Shown here: positions 19,992-31,130 of the stretch, piece by piece | Layout: each line of letters opens with the position of its first letter | Position numbering within the stretch: the stretch's first letter is position 1 | From: a virus | Lineage: Duplodnaviria > Caudoviricetes | Length of the DNA stretch: 64,000 nt | Reading direction: 5' to 3' (one strand) | IMG/VR virus record: IMGVR_UViG_3300023100_000003 | Coordinates: 30,755-94,754 of that record | Notes under the pieces: model-generated | What the model saw: the letters and a program-made list of their open reading frames with translations, nothing else | Databases searched by the model: none | What the model was told of the DNA's origin: nothing | Translations under genes and position numbers: made by a program

Positions 19992-20542
19992 TACAGCGTA
20001 GCTGTAATAGGATATGACTATCATCACTGTAAGTGATACATAAGTACATATAAGAGTAGTAGAGAGATAAATAAACAATAAAGAATGATAAGATGATAGA
20101 GATAAGAGATATACATTATATACGTGTTCCATGTCATAAGCTATGCTTATGTGCGTGTTCACAGTCTACGACTGTTTCACGTGGAACAATAGACTGTGAT
20201 AGAGTATTAATAGTATAGCTTACGCTATAGGGTGAGTGTTGTTGGTTTAACAACCAAGGGATGAATAGATATAACCATAGGGTGTATGTACGCTATCGCA
20301 TAAAATTGTACTATTCTTAGCAGTAATACTATCTATAGCGTAGCTATAATAAGTTATTGATTACTAAAGTAATAATGTATATTCGTAGCTACGCTACATA
20401 TAGGTGCTATCTTGTGTTTACACACAACATGTAGTGCTATTATTGATTAGTTTATTTATGTATTTCCTTACAATAATCAATGGATATAATAAATGTTATA
20501 AGCATAGCTTATGATAGATGTTAATAGTCTAAGCTACGCTTA
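19992..20542. repeat. Array of eight mini-hairpins with C-GTA-G / C-GTAA-G / C-ATA-G loops
   Basis: Inverted repeats at 19992-20006, 20135-20151, 20161-20175, 20214-20229, 20334-20348, 20385-20397, 20498-20512, 20530-20542. Confidence 0.85.
20173..20188. promoter_or_regulatory. parS: parS (ParB/Spo0J binding site)
   Basis: TGTTTCACGTGGAACA, an exact fit to the widespread chromosomal consensus TGTTNCACGTGNAACA. Confidence 0.8.
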
Positions 20543-20550
20543 AATAAAGC

Positions 20551-20579
20551 TTGCACTAAGGTACAGATAAGACTAATAT
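20551..20579 (+). promoter_or_regulatory. Early sigma70-like promoter
   Basis: TTGCAC-N17-TAATAT. Confidence 0.65.
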
Positions 20580-20934
20580 AAGTACATACAAGAGACAAAC
20601 AACAAACAAAGGCAAAGCAAATGAAAAGGTTCTTAGTGTATGCCATCATCATTGGAACAATAGGAAATGTTATGTTGTCTAGTGCATCAAACTCTACTGT
20701 AATGAACTCCACAGCTGTTAAACTCTCTCAATTAGGTGAATAAGATGAACGACATTAAATACATTGAAATACAGTTTTTAGTTAAGGTTAACAAACCTAA
20801 GATTAAAATTACTTTGGTTAATCTTATGAGTCGTGATGATGCACTCTTTATTGCTGATCAGGTTAAGTTAGATAAATCAGTATTTAGTGTTACCTGTTGG
20901 ACTGAAAAGAATACTTTTATCTAGTAAATAGTTG

Positions 20935-20963
20935 TTGACAGTAGCCAATAGTAAGCCTAGAAT
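20935..20963 (+). promoter_or_regulatory. Strong sigma70 promoter
   Basis: TTGACA-N17-TAGAAT followed by a 5' hairpin GAGAC-AATAAA-GTCTC. Confidence 0.85.
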
Positions 20964-21713
20964 GTACCACATAGGGAGACAATAAAGTCTCTCACAAACA
21001 AGAGATAATCATCATGTTTATAGCAATCTGTGTAATCACTGTGTTAATGTTGGTTGTTGGTGTAGCTTCTGAATGTGAGGTGTTTTAATTATGACTACAG
21101 AATCTAAAGAAAGAATGTATAAAGTAGGTTACTATTGTTCGCCTAAAAGTGTATCATTCTTTATAAACATGGGTTTTAGAGTGGATGAAAGCACTTTAGC
21201 AGTGTATCAAGATGAACTAAAGCCTATGACCCACAAAGAAGCCTGTACCTTTAAATCTAAGATGATGAAACCATCTAACCATTTTCTTTATGAGGTGTAA
21301 CATGAACATTATCCGTGTAACATTTAATGACGGTTCAAGCCATGAACAGCCATACACCCTTGAAGTGGTGGCTATGTGGGTAAAGGTTAATAACCTAATG
21401 GCTGAACAGAAAGAATTCCCTGAACCACATATTAAACTGATTGAGATATTCTAATGGAAAGCTTCTTACTTGTTCTTACCTTATGTGGTAGCCTTCATGA
21501 TGGAGGCAATAGCTGTGAGCAGTTTATAGTAGGTACAGATCAATCACAAATAGAATGTCTATCCACTATCAAGGCTGTCCATAATAATACCTCAACACGC
21601 GTTAAAACGCTTATAGATGATGCTACTAACGACTGGTTTGCTACTATAAATACTAGCTCTCTTGAATGTATTGAAGAAGATAAAGATTAATTACATTATT
21701 CATTAAATAATTG

Positions 21714-21742
21714 TTGACAATAGAATACAGTAGGTCTAGAAT
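21714..21742 (+). promoter_or_regulatory. Strong sigma70 promoter
   Basis: TTGACA-N17-TAGAAT with AT-rich upstream region. Confidence 0.85.
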
Positions 21743-22379
21743 TCAAATCATAAGGTGAGCAGTTAGCGAACCTAACCACAAATAGGTGATTAAGATGTCT
21801 AAGATTGATAAAGAACTTGTAAACGAACTTGGTGAACTCCTAAACGCAAAGATCCCTTTAAGTACTTTATCATTGGCCGTTGATCGTTACAAACTCAATA
21901 ACTTAAGTGAAGAAAGGTTCCTTTGGGATTGCTTATGGGCTGTGCCTACTGTAATAAGTAAACCTTGGTTCAATAAAGTTTATGCACTTGATTGTAAAGA
22001 TACCCATATCACTACAGCCTTAAAAGCTTGGTTTAAAACTACTGGTTTAACATACTAATCAATCACTAAGTTAAACTGTGCGTATTATCATTCAATTAAA
22101 TAAGGTGATTAAAGTGATCAATTCAATGTTTATTTACCCAATGGCTACAGTCTTTGTTATTGTTATAGTGTGTGGTATTGTAGGGGTTGTTATGTCAAGT
22201 TATAACCACCGTGATGAGGACTTTTAATCATGTTTCTATCTATCATCCTCCCTTGTGTTGCTATCGCTCTTTGTGGAGCTGTTGTAACATTAGCTCTGTT
22301 AACTTTCTTTTGTTCTTATTTGTTGTCTAATAAATAATATTCTTATAACATCTTAGTATAAGAAATAATGAATAATTGC

Positions 22380-22408
22380 TTTACATTGTCATTAAGTAAG
22401 TCTAATAT
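22380..22408 (+). promoter_or_regulatory. sigma70 promoter
   Basis: TTTACA-N17-TAATAT. Confidence 0.65.
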
Positions 22409-23805
22409 ACATACATGAGCTAGGGGATGAGCCTACTAGCAAACCCAAAGAGAATCGAGATTATGAAAAACATCACTGAACACAAAGGAACCCTGTACAT
22501 TGTTGAGCGTTTGAAATCAAGTGTTAATGGTAACCCTCGTTATAGTTGTTTGTTAGTAATGGATGGTACAGAATCTATTGCTTTTAAAACTGGTGTTGAT
22601 AGTAGTTTTGGGTACTCAATCACTAACTACCGTGATAAAGAAGTTGTTGTAAGTCTTGGTACTGTACGTAATCAAACTACCCTTAATGATATTAAACTAG
22701 CTTAGGTGATACCATGCAAGCAAAAGTTTGGGTTGATATTAGAAAAGGTAGAAAAATAGCCTGTTCTGATAAAATCGTAGTCGGTAAACTTATGGAGCTT
22801 ATGTTAAGAGAAAACTCCGAGACTGATTACCAATTGGGATTAATTGAGCTTAGAAAGGGTTCATCTTTTAATTTCAAGTGTGAAGGTTATTCTGTTACCG
22901 TTAAACCACTACATAATTATGTAGATCATTATTAAATCTTAATCAGGAACTAAACAAAATGAACACATTTGCTAACGTAACAAACATCCGTAAGAACACA
23001 GTAAGTGCTTATAAAATTATCTCTATGTTCAACCTTATAGGTGCATTAGAAAAAGCCTACGTAGTGGCCTGTAATAGCCTTAGAACAGCGAATAAGATTA
23101 AGGATATAACATTGTCTAAGTTTGCCCGTGGTCGTGCTCTAAAGCTTATTCATGCAATCCGTACTGAGTTAAAGAAGTATTGCAGTAAAGGTTTTAGTTT
23201 GCTAGAATCTATTGCATATCGTGGTGTACTTCTGCCGAAGCTCTAATCCTCCTTACAGTCGTTTTAGTATTGTTAATAAAATTTAATAGGTAATATCATG
23301 ATCTTTAATAATGTAGTATTGACCAGCGAAACAATAGAATCGACTAAACAATGGTTTATTAACAATGCTAAAGCCTGTATAGCTGAAGCTGTTAGTGGTG
23401 AAGTCTTTGTCAATGATTTAGAAAGCTATATTGATAGTCAGAACAGACGTATTAAAGACTTTGAAGCTAATTTGAATCAGAATAACTTCACATTTATGCA
23501 AAGAGCTTATTTCCATCAAACTGGCCATGATGTGGCCCTATTACATTTATAGGTGATTTTATGTTAAATTCAAAAGATGAGTTAATAGGTTTTGTTAAAG
23601 GGTTTAGCTGTAAAGAGTCGGCATTTGACGCAATGAAGTTAGTACATGTTGCCGAACCTTTGGCGGAATGGTTTTATAATACATATTCTTTACGAAATAA
23701 AAACAAGAGTCAGAAAGAAGCATTTTTTGATTTTTATGAAGAGAACATTGTTATACGGTAAAAGGTTCTTATAAAGATTTAATCTAAATAAATGTTGTAA
23801 TTTAC

Positions 23806-23834
23806 TTGCATACACTCTTAGTATCCCTTATACT
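23806..23834 (+). promoter_or_regulatory. sigma70 promoter
   Basis: TTGCAT-N17-TATACT. Confidence 0.7.
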
Positions 23835-25066
23835 AATCACAACAAAGCAAGAAACACTTAATTAATTACTAACCTAGGAATAAAGATCATGACTACACTA
23901 CTTCAAGCCTGTAAAGAAATCGTTAAAAACTCAATAAATTATGATGGGTATGAGAAAGGAACTATTAAAGATATTTACTATGTGGAGTATGGCCACAATG
24001 GAATCAATCAAAAAGCTTGTGAAAGCTATTTGAGAGGATTACCTAGTGTTTGTACAGTTCCTTTTGCTGATTATGAAATCCTTGAAGTGTTAAAATCAAA
24101 AGGTGTTAGTCGTAAAGGTGTAAATGCTCAAGATCGATTGATTGATGATTATTGGGAAGCGTGTGGGTATGCATTTTATAAACTGTTGGGGAATTAATCA
24201 TGAAACAACAAATGACTAAACAAGCGAAAGAAGCTCACAAGAAACTACGCAAGTCTCGTAGAATATCTCGTGGTAAGCAATGGCAATCGGTGGCTTAATA
24301 TGAACTTACCAAAACTTGCAGGTGATAAAGATCAACCATCCCGCTCAGTACAGGTTTTATTCCTTGTAGGTGTGAATATTAAGCAAGGGTTTTACTTTTA
24401 CAATTGTAATAAATTTTGCACTATTCATCACCTTATCATGGATTCTTATTATTGTGATCAAGTTATTGAATGGTGGCCAATGCCTGAACTTGGAACAGGA
24501 AATAAAATAATATGAAATTACTATCCATTGAAGAAGCTGACAAACTTATCTGTAAAGCTTGGCAAGATGTGCATAAATATGGTCTAGGGCAATATAGGTT
24601 TGGTCAATCATTGTCTAATCTATTACCAAATTGTATTAATGAACATCTATTATATACAGAGAATGACTTCTATTATTGTATTGATTCCGATAAAGTGACA
24701 GAGTTATTCTACAAACATTGTGTTGAATCCACTGAGGGATAGTATTATGCCAATGACTAAAGAAGAAGAAAACGAACTAAATGCTAAAGTGCAAGCTAGT
24801 TTAACTAAATCAAGAAACTTTTCATCTAATTGTAAAGATGTTGAAGTTAATGCAGAAAAGCTATTTAGATTAGGCGCTAGTCTATACGAAACTGGTAGTA
24901 CCATACTAGCTGAAAAGCTATATACAATCTCTGATAATCTCTTACATTCAATTGAGGAAATTAGAAATTACGATAGGCAAATTACAAATGAACGTTATCA
25001 AGATGCTATGCAATCTAGTAACAATATGATTCGAGCAGCTTTAGCTGTTTGTTCTAAGTAATAACA

Positions 25067-25080
25067 GCCCCGCAAGGGGC
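25067..25080 (+). terminator. GC-rich hairpin after a gene cluster (weak U-tract)
   Basis: GCCCC-GCAA-GGGGC. Confidence 0.5.
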
Positions 25081-25098
25081 CATCCTTCCTTCCTAAAT

Positions 25099-25143
25099 AC
25101 GTCTACATTCAATTCTATTGCCTCCCCTATACCCTAGTATTCC
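25099..25143. repeat. Dispersed element, copy B
   Basis: ACGTCTACA-N27-TAGTATTCC. Confidence 0.8.
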
Positions 25144-25292
25144 TTTCTATATCCTTCCTGTAATCGCTTCCTATTAAGTCTAACTAATATCTCTGGAGTT
25201 TACACTATTAGTAATCTATGGTATTTATCGCCGTATCTTCTTATATATATCTAAACTAGGACATACTTTCTATTGTTATTCTAAAATAGTAT

Positions 25293-25321
25293 TTGTGTTT
25301 AATCTAACATAAGCCTAATAT
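25293..25321 (+). promoter_or_regulatory. sigma70-like promoter
   Basis: TTGTGT-N17-TAATAT; shares ATAAGNCTAATATAAGTACAT with the promoter at 20551. Confidence 0.6.
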
Positions 25322-26319
25322 AAGTACATCAAGAACGTAAACATAAACAAACAGGTGATTAAATGATTAAAGTTCATGGAGATAGTTTAAATGAATGCGT
25401 AGACACATTTATCAAACTCATCCCTTATAAATCCTATGAATATAGTGGAAAATGGTTTATTGCTTATTTAAACGGTCAAGGTTATGGCTCGCAGTACATG
25501 AAAACACTTAAAAACAAAGCTTTAAAACTTAATATAGAAACTTTTCAAGTGGTTACTGTAGGTAAATCTAAATGAGTGAAAGTTATCAAGAACTTGAATT
25601 CCATAGAATGGTCGATGATGCTAAGCTCCACGACTGGCCTAATAGTAATTGCCCCTTATTAGAGGATGAAGCTATTATATGGGCAAGCGATGAGATAAAA
25701 CAATTGAGAATACGAGTTGCAAGTTTAGAAGAAAAATGTAAACTTCACAATATACCAACTGGAGTAATGATTTATGAATAAGATTAAACCTTTATCTTTT
25801 CTCCCTAATCAAGATAGTTTTGAATTTGTTGGTATCAAGAAAGATGATGTAGAAATAGATTGCAAAGTTATTTTCAGTCTTGAAGGGCAGCATATTGTTG
25901 TTAATCGTTACACTAACGAAAGAATATTCAACCAATTAAAAGGCTGGAAATAATTATGTCAAGAGAGCAGTCATTAATACAACGTAACAGGGAGCTAACA
26001 AAGCTCTTATCAAAAGCTAATGTAGAATTAAAGCTTTTGATTATGCACTCTACTCACGGTAAGATCGAGCCAGAATATTTACAGATAGCTAAAGATTTAA
26101 CAGAAGTAATTAACCAATCATTAAACATTATCGAGGCTTAATATCATGCAAAAGACAATCGTAAACAATTCAGGTTCTAAAGTTGGAATATTCTACCCCA
26201 TCACATGTAAACTAGTATTAGAATCAGGTAAAGTTTTAAAGATGGATAAATCAACCTTCCTTTCATATTGTGATGATATGGAATGGAAAACACTTTAACT
26301 AATCATAGGATAAACTAAA

Positions 26320-26949
26320 ATGAAATACATAATCTTAATATTAACACTCTTATCTTTCCCTGCTTTCGCTTATGATAGTTATGACTGGAAGAATGAGCCA
26401 GACTATACACCTTATTTAAAACTTAGTGTTGGTAGAGTTATAAACCAACCTGATGATATCACTAACAGTAAAACTAAAGAGAGAATTCCTTTATTCCAAG
26501 GGGATAACTTTAACTATTCTATAGAAATGGGAATTAGTGTTAAGAAGGATGATTCTAACAAAGAATTTAGATTAGGTTTAGGGATAACAGACTTACTTAA
26601 TCAAGGTGACAGCTCTAAATATATGTCACCCTATAAAGTTGAGGTATTTGGAGATCATGTTATAAATTATAGTAAGGGATACTTTACTTCTATTGGTGTA
26701 GGGTATAAAATAGCTTGTGATAGTAGAGTAGTTAGTAAAGCTAGAGATCCAGACTTTCTAACAGAAGAAGAATACTTCAAGATTAATGAGGGATACTTAG
26801 GGAAGATAACAGCTAGGTTTAGTATAGGTAGGAATTTCAAACATTACACTTTATCTTTAGACCACCATTCTCAATATTTTACAGGAAAACCTGTTAATAA
26901 TGAATGGGAATACCATGTAACTAGTTTTAATATATCTAAAACATTTTAA
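26320..26949 (+). CDS. Secreted, outer-membrane beta-barrel-like protein
   Basis: Signal peptide ending AFA, alternating amphipathic beta segments, C-terminal Phe (SFNISKTF). Confidence 0.6.
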   Translation: MKYIILILTLLSFPAFAYDSYDWKNEPDYTPYLKLSVGRVINQPDDITNSKTKERIPLFQGDNFNYSIEMGISVKKDDSNKEFRLGLGITDLLNQGDSSKYMSPYKVEVFGDHVINYSKGYFTSIGVGYKIACDSRVVSKARDPDFLTEEEYFKINEGYLGKITARFSIGRNFKHYTLSLDHHSQYFTGKPVNNEWEYHVTSFNISKTF

Positions 26950-27591
26950 GGGGAAATGTATGAGTAACTCACACAATATAATTGATTTGATGAATGAATG
27001 TCAAAAATGGAAAGATGAATGTCAAACTCTTAATTTACTTATTTCAGATCAAAGAAAGGAATTAGTGAGAGTTAATGGTTTAAGAAAAGAAGCAGAATCA
27101 AAGCTTGCTGAGTATAAACAAGACCTTTATTTTGCAGAAAAAGATATAGAGGAACTAAAGAAATCGCAACCAATCGCCAATAATAGCGAGCCTTTTGGAT
27201 GGTTTAGCAATCAAGGAGACTTTACCCGAAACGAAAACACGGTAAAAGAATGGCGCAACGTAGATTGGAAACCGCTTTACGAACACCGCGAGCCAGAAAC
27301 CAACGATCAGTATGCAATTGGGTTTAATGACGGGTATAAAGCAGGAGATGAGGGTGACTGCGAATTGTTGGCGCACGTATTGGCTCATTCAAATATGGAT
27401 GACTACACGCCTAAACAAGCCACCCCAAATAAGGCAGAAGTGGGACAGATTATTAACAAAGTTGCTGAATTTGTAGAAGTTCAAGAGAACGGGCCGTTTG
27501 ATGTAAAAGTATTAGCCACTGCTATTCGTGCGAATTTAAAGTACGGAGACTTCTTTAAAGATTTACTCCCACCGCTAAAGGGTGATGACAA

Positions 27592-27807
27592 ATGAAACAT
27601 TTAACCTTATTTCTGTGTTGTATTTTATTAAATGGATGCATGCGAGCAGGAACTCATCCATTAGAAATAGAGAAAGCTAGTAAGCTTTGTGAGAGTAATG
27701 GTGGGTTGTATTCTTTATATGGTTCTTCTATGTGGAGGCCTACGGAAGTTAATTGTAAAAATGGGGCGAGGTTTATATTACAATCTTCGCAAGTTGTTGA
27801 ACCATAA
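27592..27807 (+). CDS. Small lipoprotein
   Basis: Lipobox LNGC. Confidence 0.7.
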   Translation: MKHLTLFLCCILLNGCMRAGTHPLEIEKASKLCESNGGLYSLYGSSMWRPTEVNCKNGARFILQSSQVVEP

Positions 27808-28143
27808 AAATTAACTAAAAAGGAGGTATTATGGACATCTTAAAGGATAATGAAGATGTGGACAAGTACATACAAGGCGATGATATATTATTTGAGGAAT
27901 GGTGGATAAGAAGATCACCTTTCTTTAATGCAGGTATAAGGAAAGAAGTGGTATTTAAAAGATGGAAGACTATCAAAAACAAGCTAGATAGGTTTATAGA
28001 GCAAGATAAGGCTTAGGGTATACTCAGCTATTGGTTTTAGGTTAAAGTGGCTGTAAGAGCGATTTAGGACGTATAGAATTGATTGGAGAATATCATGCAA
28101 AGAAGTAAGTTTAATATGTTGTTTAATTAAATTAACTATTTTC

Positions 28144-28172
28144 TTTACAAGCTATACTAAGTGGTGTATATT
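28144..28172 (+). promoter_or_regulatory. sigma70 promoter
   Basis: TTTACA-N17-TATATT. Confidence 0.65.
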
Positions 28173-28208
28173 CAGTTCATACAAGCAACCAACACAAGGT
28201 AACAAGAT

Positions 28209-28901
28209 ATGCCAAATGCACAAACAGCTTACTACACAACCAATCACAATCCTAAAGTGATTAGTGATAACCTTGATGAAGTGAGATATGACGAAGAAAA
28301 CATGGTGTTGTATGTTAAGTTCAACCATAACGGTGTGTGTGCTAAGTATATGGGTGTAACTAAAGAATACTATGATGGGATGATGGCTGCACCAAGTGCC
28401 GGAACATTCTTCTATCATAATATTCGTCAAAGTTTCCCTTTTAAATACATTACAGAGATTAAATCCTTTAAGAAAGGAGAAGATATTCTTAGTGATATAT
28501 CGTTAGCTCATAGAAAGCTTAATGAATTAGATGCAGCTGAAAAGAAAGCTCAAGCACAACTAAAGAAAGGGATTATAGATCAGGATAAGTTTGACACAAC
28601 ATTAGAGGTGATTAATGGACTTAGGAAGAGGGCTGGAGACGCTTTAGATAGAGAGATGGGGGTTTATGTATCCCCTGCTGCAAAACGTCGTGAGGAGAAG
28701 CTCAGAGAGAAAGAGCTACAACAGAATTTAGCTATACAGTTAGCTATTTTAGAGCAGAAGAAAGAGATTAAAGTTTATAATCTCAAGAAGATTGGGATGG
28801 GGGTTTTAATAGCGGCTACTGTAGTGTTTACATTTAGTCACATTTTAGTAGGTTTAATTGTATTGGGTATTCTTATACCAAAATTTAAGGAGATTAGATA
28901 A
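28209..28901 (+). CDS. KTSC-domain protein with coiled coil and C-terminal transmembrane segment(s)
   Basis: SDNLDEVRYDEENMVLYVKF...YMGV...YDGMMAAPSAGTFFYHNIR; hydrophobic C-terminus. Confidence 0.8.
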   Translation: MPNAQTAYYTTNHNPKVISDNLDEVRYDEENMVLYVKFNHNGVCAKYMGVTKEYYDGMMAAPSAGTFFYHNIRQSFPFKYITEIKSFKKGEDILSDISLAHRKLNELDAAEKKAQAQLKKGIIDQDKFDTTLEVINGLRKRAGDALDREMGVYVSPAAKRREEKLREKELQQNLAIQLAILEQKKEIKVYNLKKIGMGVLIAATVVFTFSHILVGLIVLGILIPKFKEIR

Positions 28902-29949
28902 TGAATTGTTTTAATACACTAACTTGCAATTGGTCTTTTGGTATGATTGGGGAGCAAGCAAAAGAAGCTATAGAACTGGCTAAACTAACCAAAAGAACTA
29001 TTGAGTTTACATTTAATGAATGCCAAATTATAGTTACTGAATCTGACACACTTGCTACTATTGGTGAGCAGTACCATAATAAACTGAGGACTAATAGAGA
29101 TGCTAACTAGAAAAGAATTAACAGCTTGGACTGATGCACTAAGAGCTAATCCAGAGCAACAGCTAACGGGGAGATTGACAAATTGTGATAATACCCGTTT
29201 TTGTTGTCTCGGAAAGTTATGTCAAGTTATGGGGCTAGTACCTACTCAAGTTCCTATTCCATTCAGCGAGTCTTTTAATTTAGGATACGGAAATCAATAC
29301 TCAATCTTACCATCTGAGATGGAAGTATTTGGTGATTATAGAGGGGAATTCTGTGCACTACATATGCCAAACTTAGGAGAATACCATTCAGCAGCTTGTG
29401 CTAATGATGATGGAGTATCATGGTTAGAAATAGCAGATCATTTTGATAAATACTACCCGTGTAGTGATGATAAACAATTAGAGGTAGGTGTATGAAAATA
29501 TCAGGTTACTTAGCAATACTTACAGTGATATTTATAGTATTCACTTCTGTATGTGCTGAATTAGATTTAGTACCTTTAGGGTGGGGAATGGGAACTATAT
29601 CTGTATTTTGTTCTGTATGTTGTTTAGTTAAATACTTGGGTAATGAATAATGGATACAAAAGTTATTGGTGATACTATGACAGTAGGCAACAGATTAATT
29701 AAAATACAATTACCTATTTTGAAACATGGTTACACTTGGGCATTGTGGTATAACCCTACAGAAATACATGTAGGAGATAAAACTAACATAACGGGAGTAA
29801 GTGGTATAGGGTGTAATTGTTCAACATTGCAAGAGACTAAAGATTATGCAATCAGTATATTGAAGTCTTATATAGAAATATTAGAGAATTACACAGAAGA
29901 GAATGTTATTTACGATAACGTGGGGAGACCCAACTTTTAAGGAGGTGTT

Positions 29950-30144
29950 ATGAAAATTATTATTAGTTTAATATTGATGTTAGGCTTATCTGGATGTCAA
30001 CCAACTATGACCAATGATGAGATAATTGCAGAGAAAGATAAATGCTTAAAGGGTGGGATGAGTTACACTATTCATTTAAACGGTCTTAATATGAAAGTTA
30101 ATCGAGTTCAGTGTACTTATCCTAGTGGGAAAGACATAAAATGA
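29950..30144 (+). CDS. Small lipoprotein
   Basis: Lipobox LSGC. Confidence 0.7.
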   Translation: MKIIISLILMLGLSGCQPTMTNDEIIAEKDKCLKGGMSYTIHLNGLNMKVNRVQCTYPSGKDIK

Positions 30145-30358
30145 TATTTGGTAAAACAACAGAACAAATGGAAGCAGAAGTACAGGAATACCTCAGAGAG
30201 TTACAAAAAGGATATATTTGGTTTGCTTGGTATCCTGTTCAATTAGATAATGGTAGATGGATTTGGTTAGAGAAGGTTAGAGTATTTCCTCCTGTATACC
30301 AATCTTATGATAAGTTAATTTTATTAAGCCTTCCACCAAACAGATACACCTTACCAAA

Positions 30359-30559
30359 TTAATATGAACCGCCCTTACTAAACCATTTATCTCCCTTATA
30401 CTGGACTAATGGAAGGGACTCAGGGAGGAATACAGTTTCTTGTTTACTTTGACAGATAGAGCAAGTAGGATGTGATTCAGATATCCTATGAGATACTTCA
30501 GTGATTGTATTGTGATTAGAGCAGGTAGGTAGGGTACAGCGGATGTTGTATGTAATCAT
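30359..30559 (-). CDS. FmdB-family zinc-ribbon protein
   Basis: MITYNIRCTLPTC...EVSHRISESHPTCSIC...VQYKGDKWF matches the MP.Y.Y.C..C...C..C...FKG.G[FW] pattern; start at 30559. Confidence 0.75.
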   Translation of the reverse strand: MITYNIRCTLPTCSNHNTITEVSHRISESHPTCSICQSKQETVFLPESLPLVQYKGDKWFSKGGSY

Positions 30560-31101
30560 GTTAGTATGAATCTTAATGTTATTAGTTAGTATTATATAAC
30601 TGTCCTTTGGTGAGTAAATTCTGGATAGAACTTCCCTATAGATCTCCATACCCCATAAGGAGCCTAAGAAGAACTATAAGTTAAATCCTCAGAATCTACT
30701 ACCTAAGACATCTGTCCTTTGGAGCCGCAATATTCTCTGCACTACAGGCAGCATACAATTAAGTATGGGATAAGATAATAGACAGCTAATCTACATCTCG
30801 TGATGTGCTTCCGCTTTAGCCAGCGTCATAGCCCTGTCACATCAACTCATCTAAGAGCAACTTCCTCAGGTTGAACATGCCTTCTTTGTTCTACTATTGG
30901 TACAGAAGAGGTTATCCCAGAAAACTCCCAATAGACAACTAAATCTTTAGTCATACATCTATGTTACCACGACAATTCAATTCTGTCTATTAGTATTTAA
31001 CTATCAAGTCAATAGTTTTAATTAATAATACCATTAATCCCCATATAACCATTATGACTATAACCTATAACTATTCAATCTAAAAGATAGTGATCTTTTT
31101 G

Positions 31102-31130
31102 TTGACGTATGTTTACGTTCTACATAGAAT
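31102..31130 (+). promoter_or_regulatory. sigma70 promoter
   Basis: TTGACG-N17-TAGAAT. Confidence 0.75.

Larger units (their letters stand above)
20621..30362 (+). other. Early / host-takeover-like region of several dozen small ORFs
   Basis: Mostly 40-130 aa ORFs with AGGTG/AGGAG RBS, grouped behind repeated promoters. Confidence 0.75.

Noticed and set aside
20372-20383. ATAATGTATATT, matching the centre of the dif site
   Set aside because: The XerC and XerD outer arms are absent; a 12-bp AT-rich match is not persuasive
19992-20542. Hairpin array as a CRISPR array or RNA terminators
   Set aside because: No constant-length direct repeats or spacers, no cas genes, mixed orientation and no U-tracts
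30560-30649. Upstream extension of the FmdB ORF
   Set aside because: The family pattern begins at MITY (30559)
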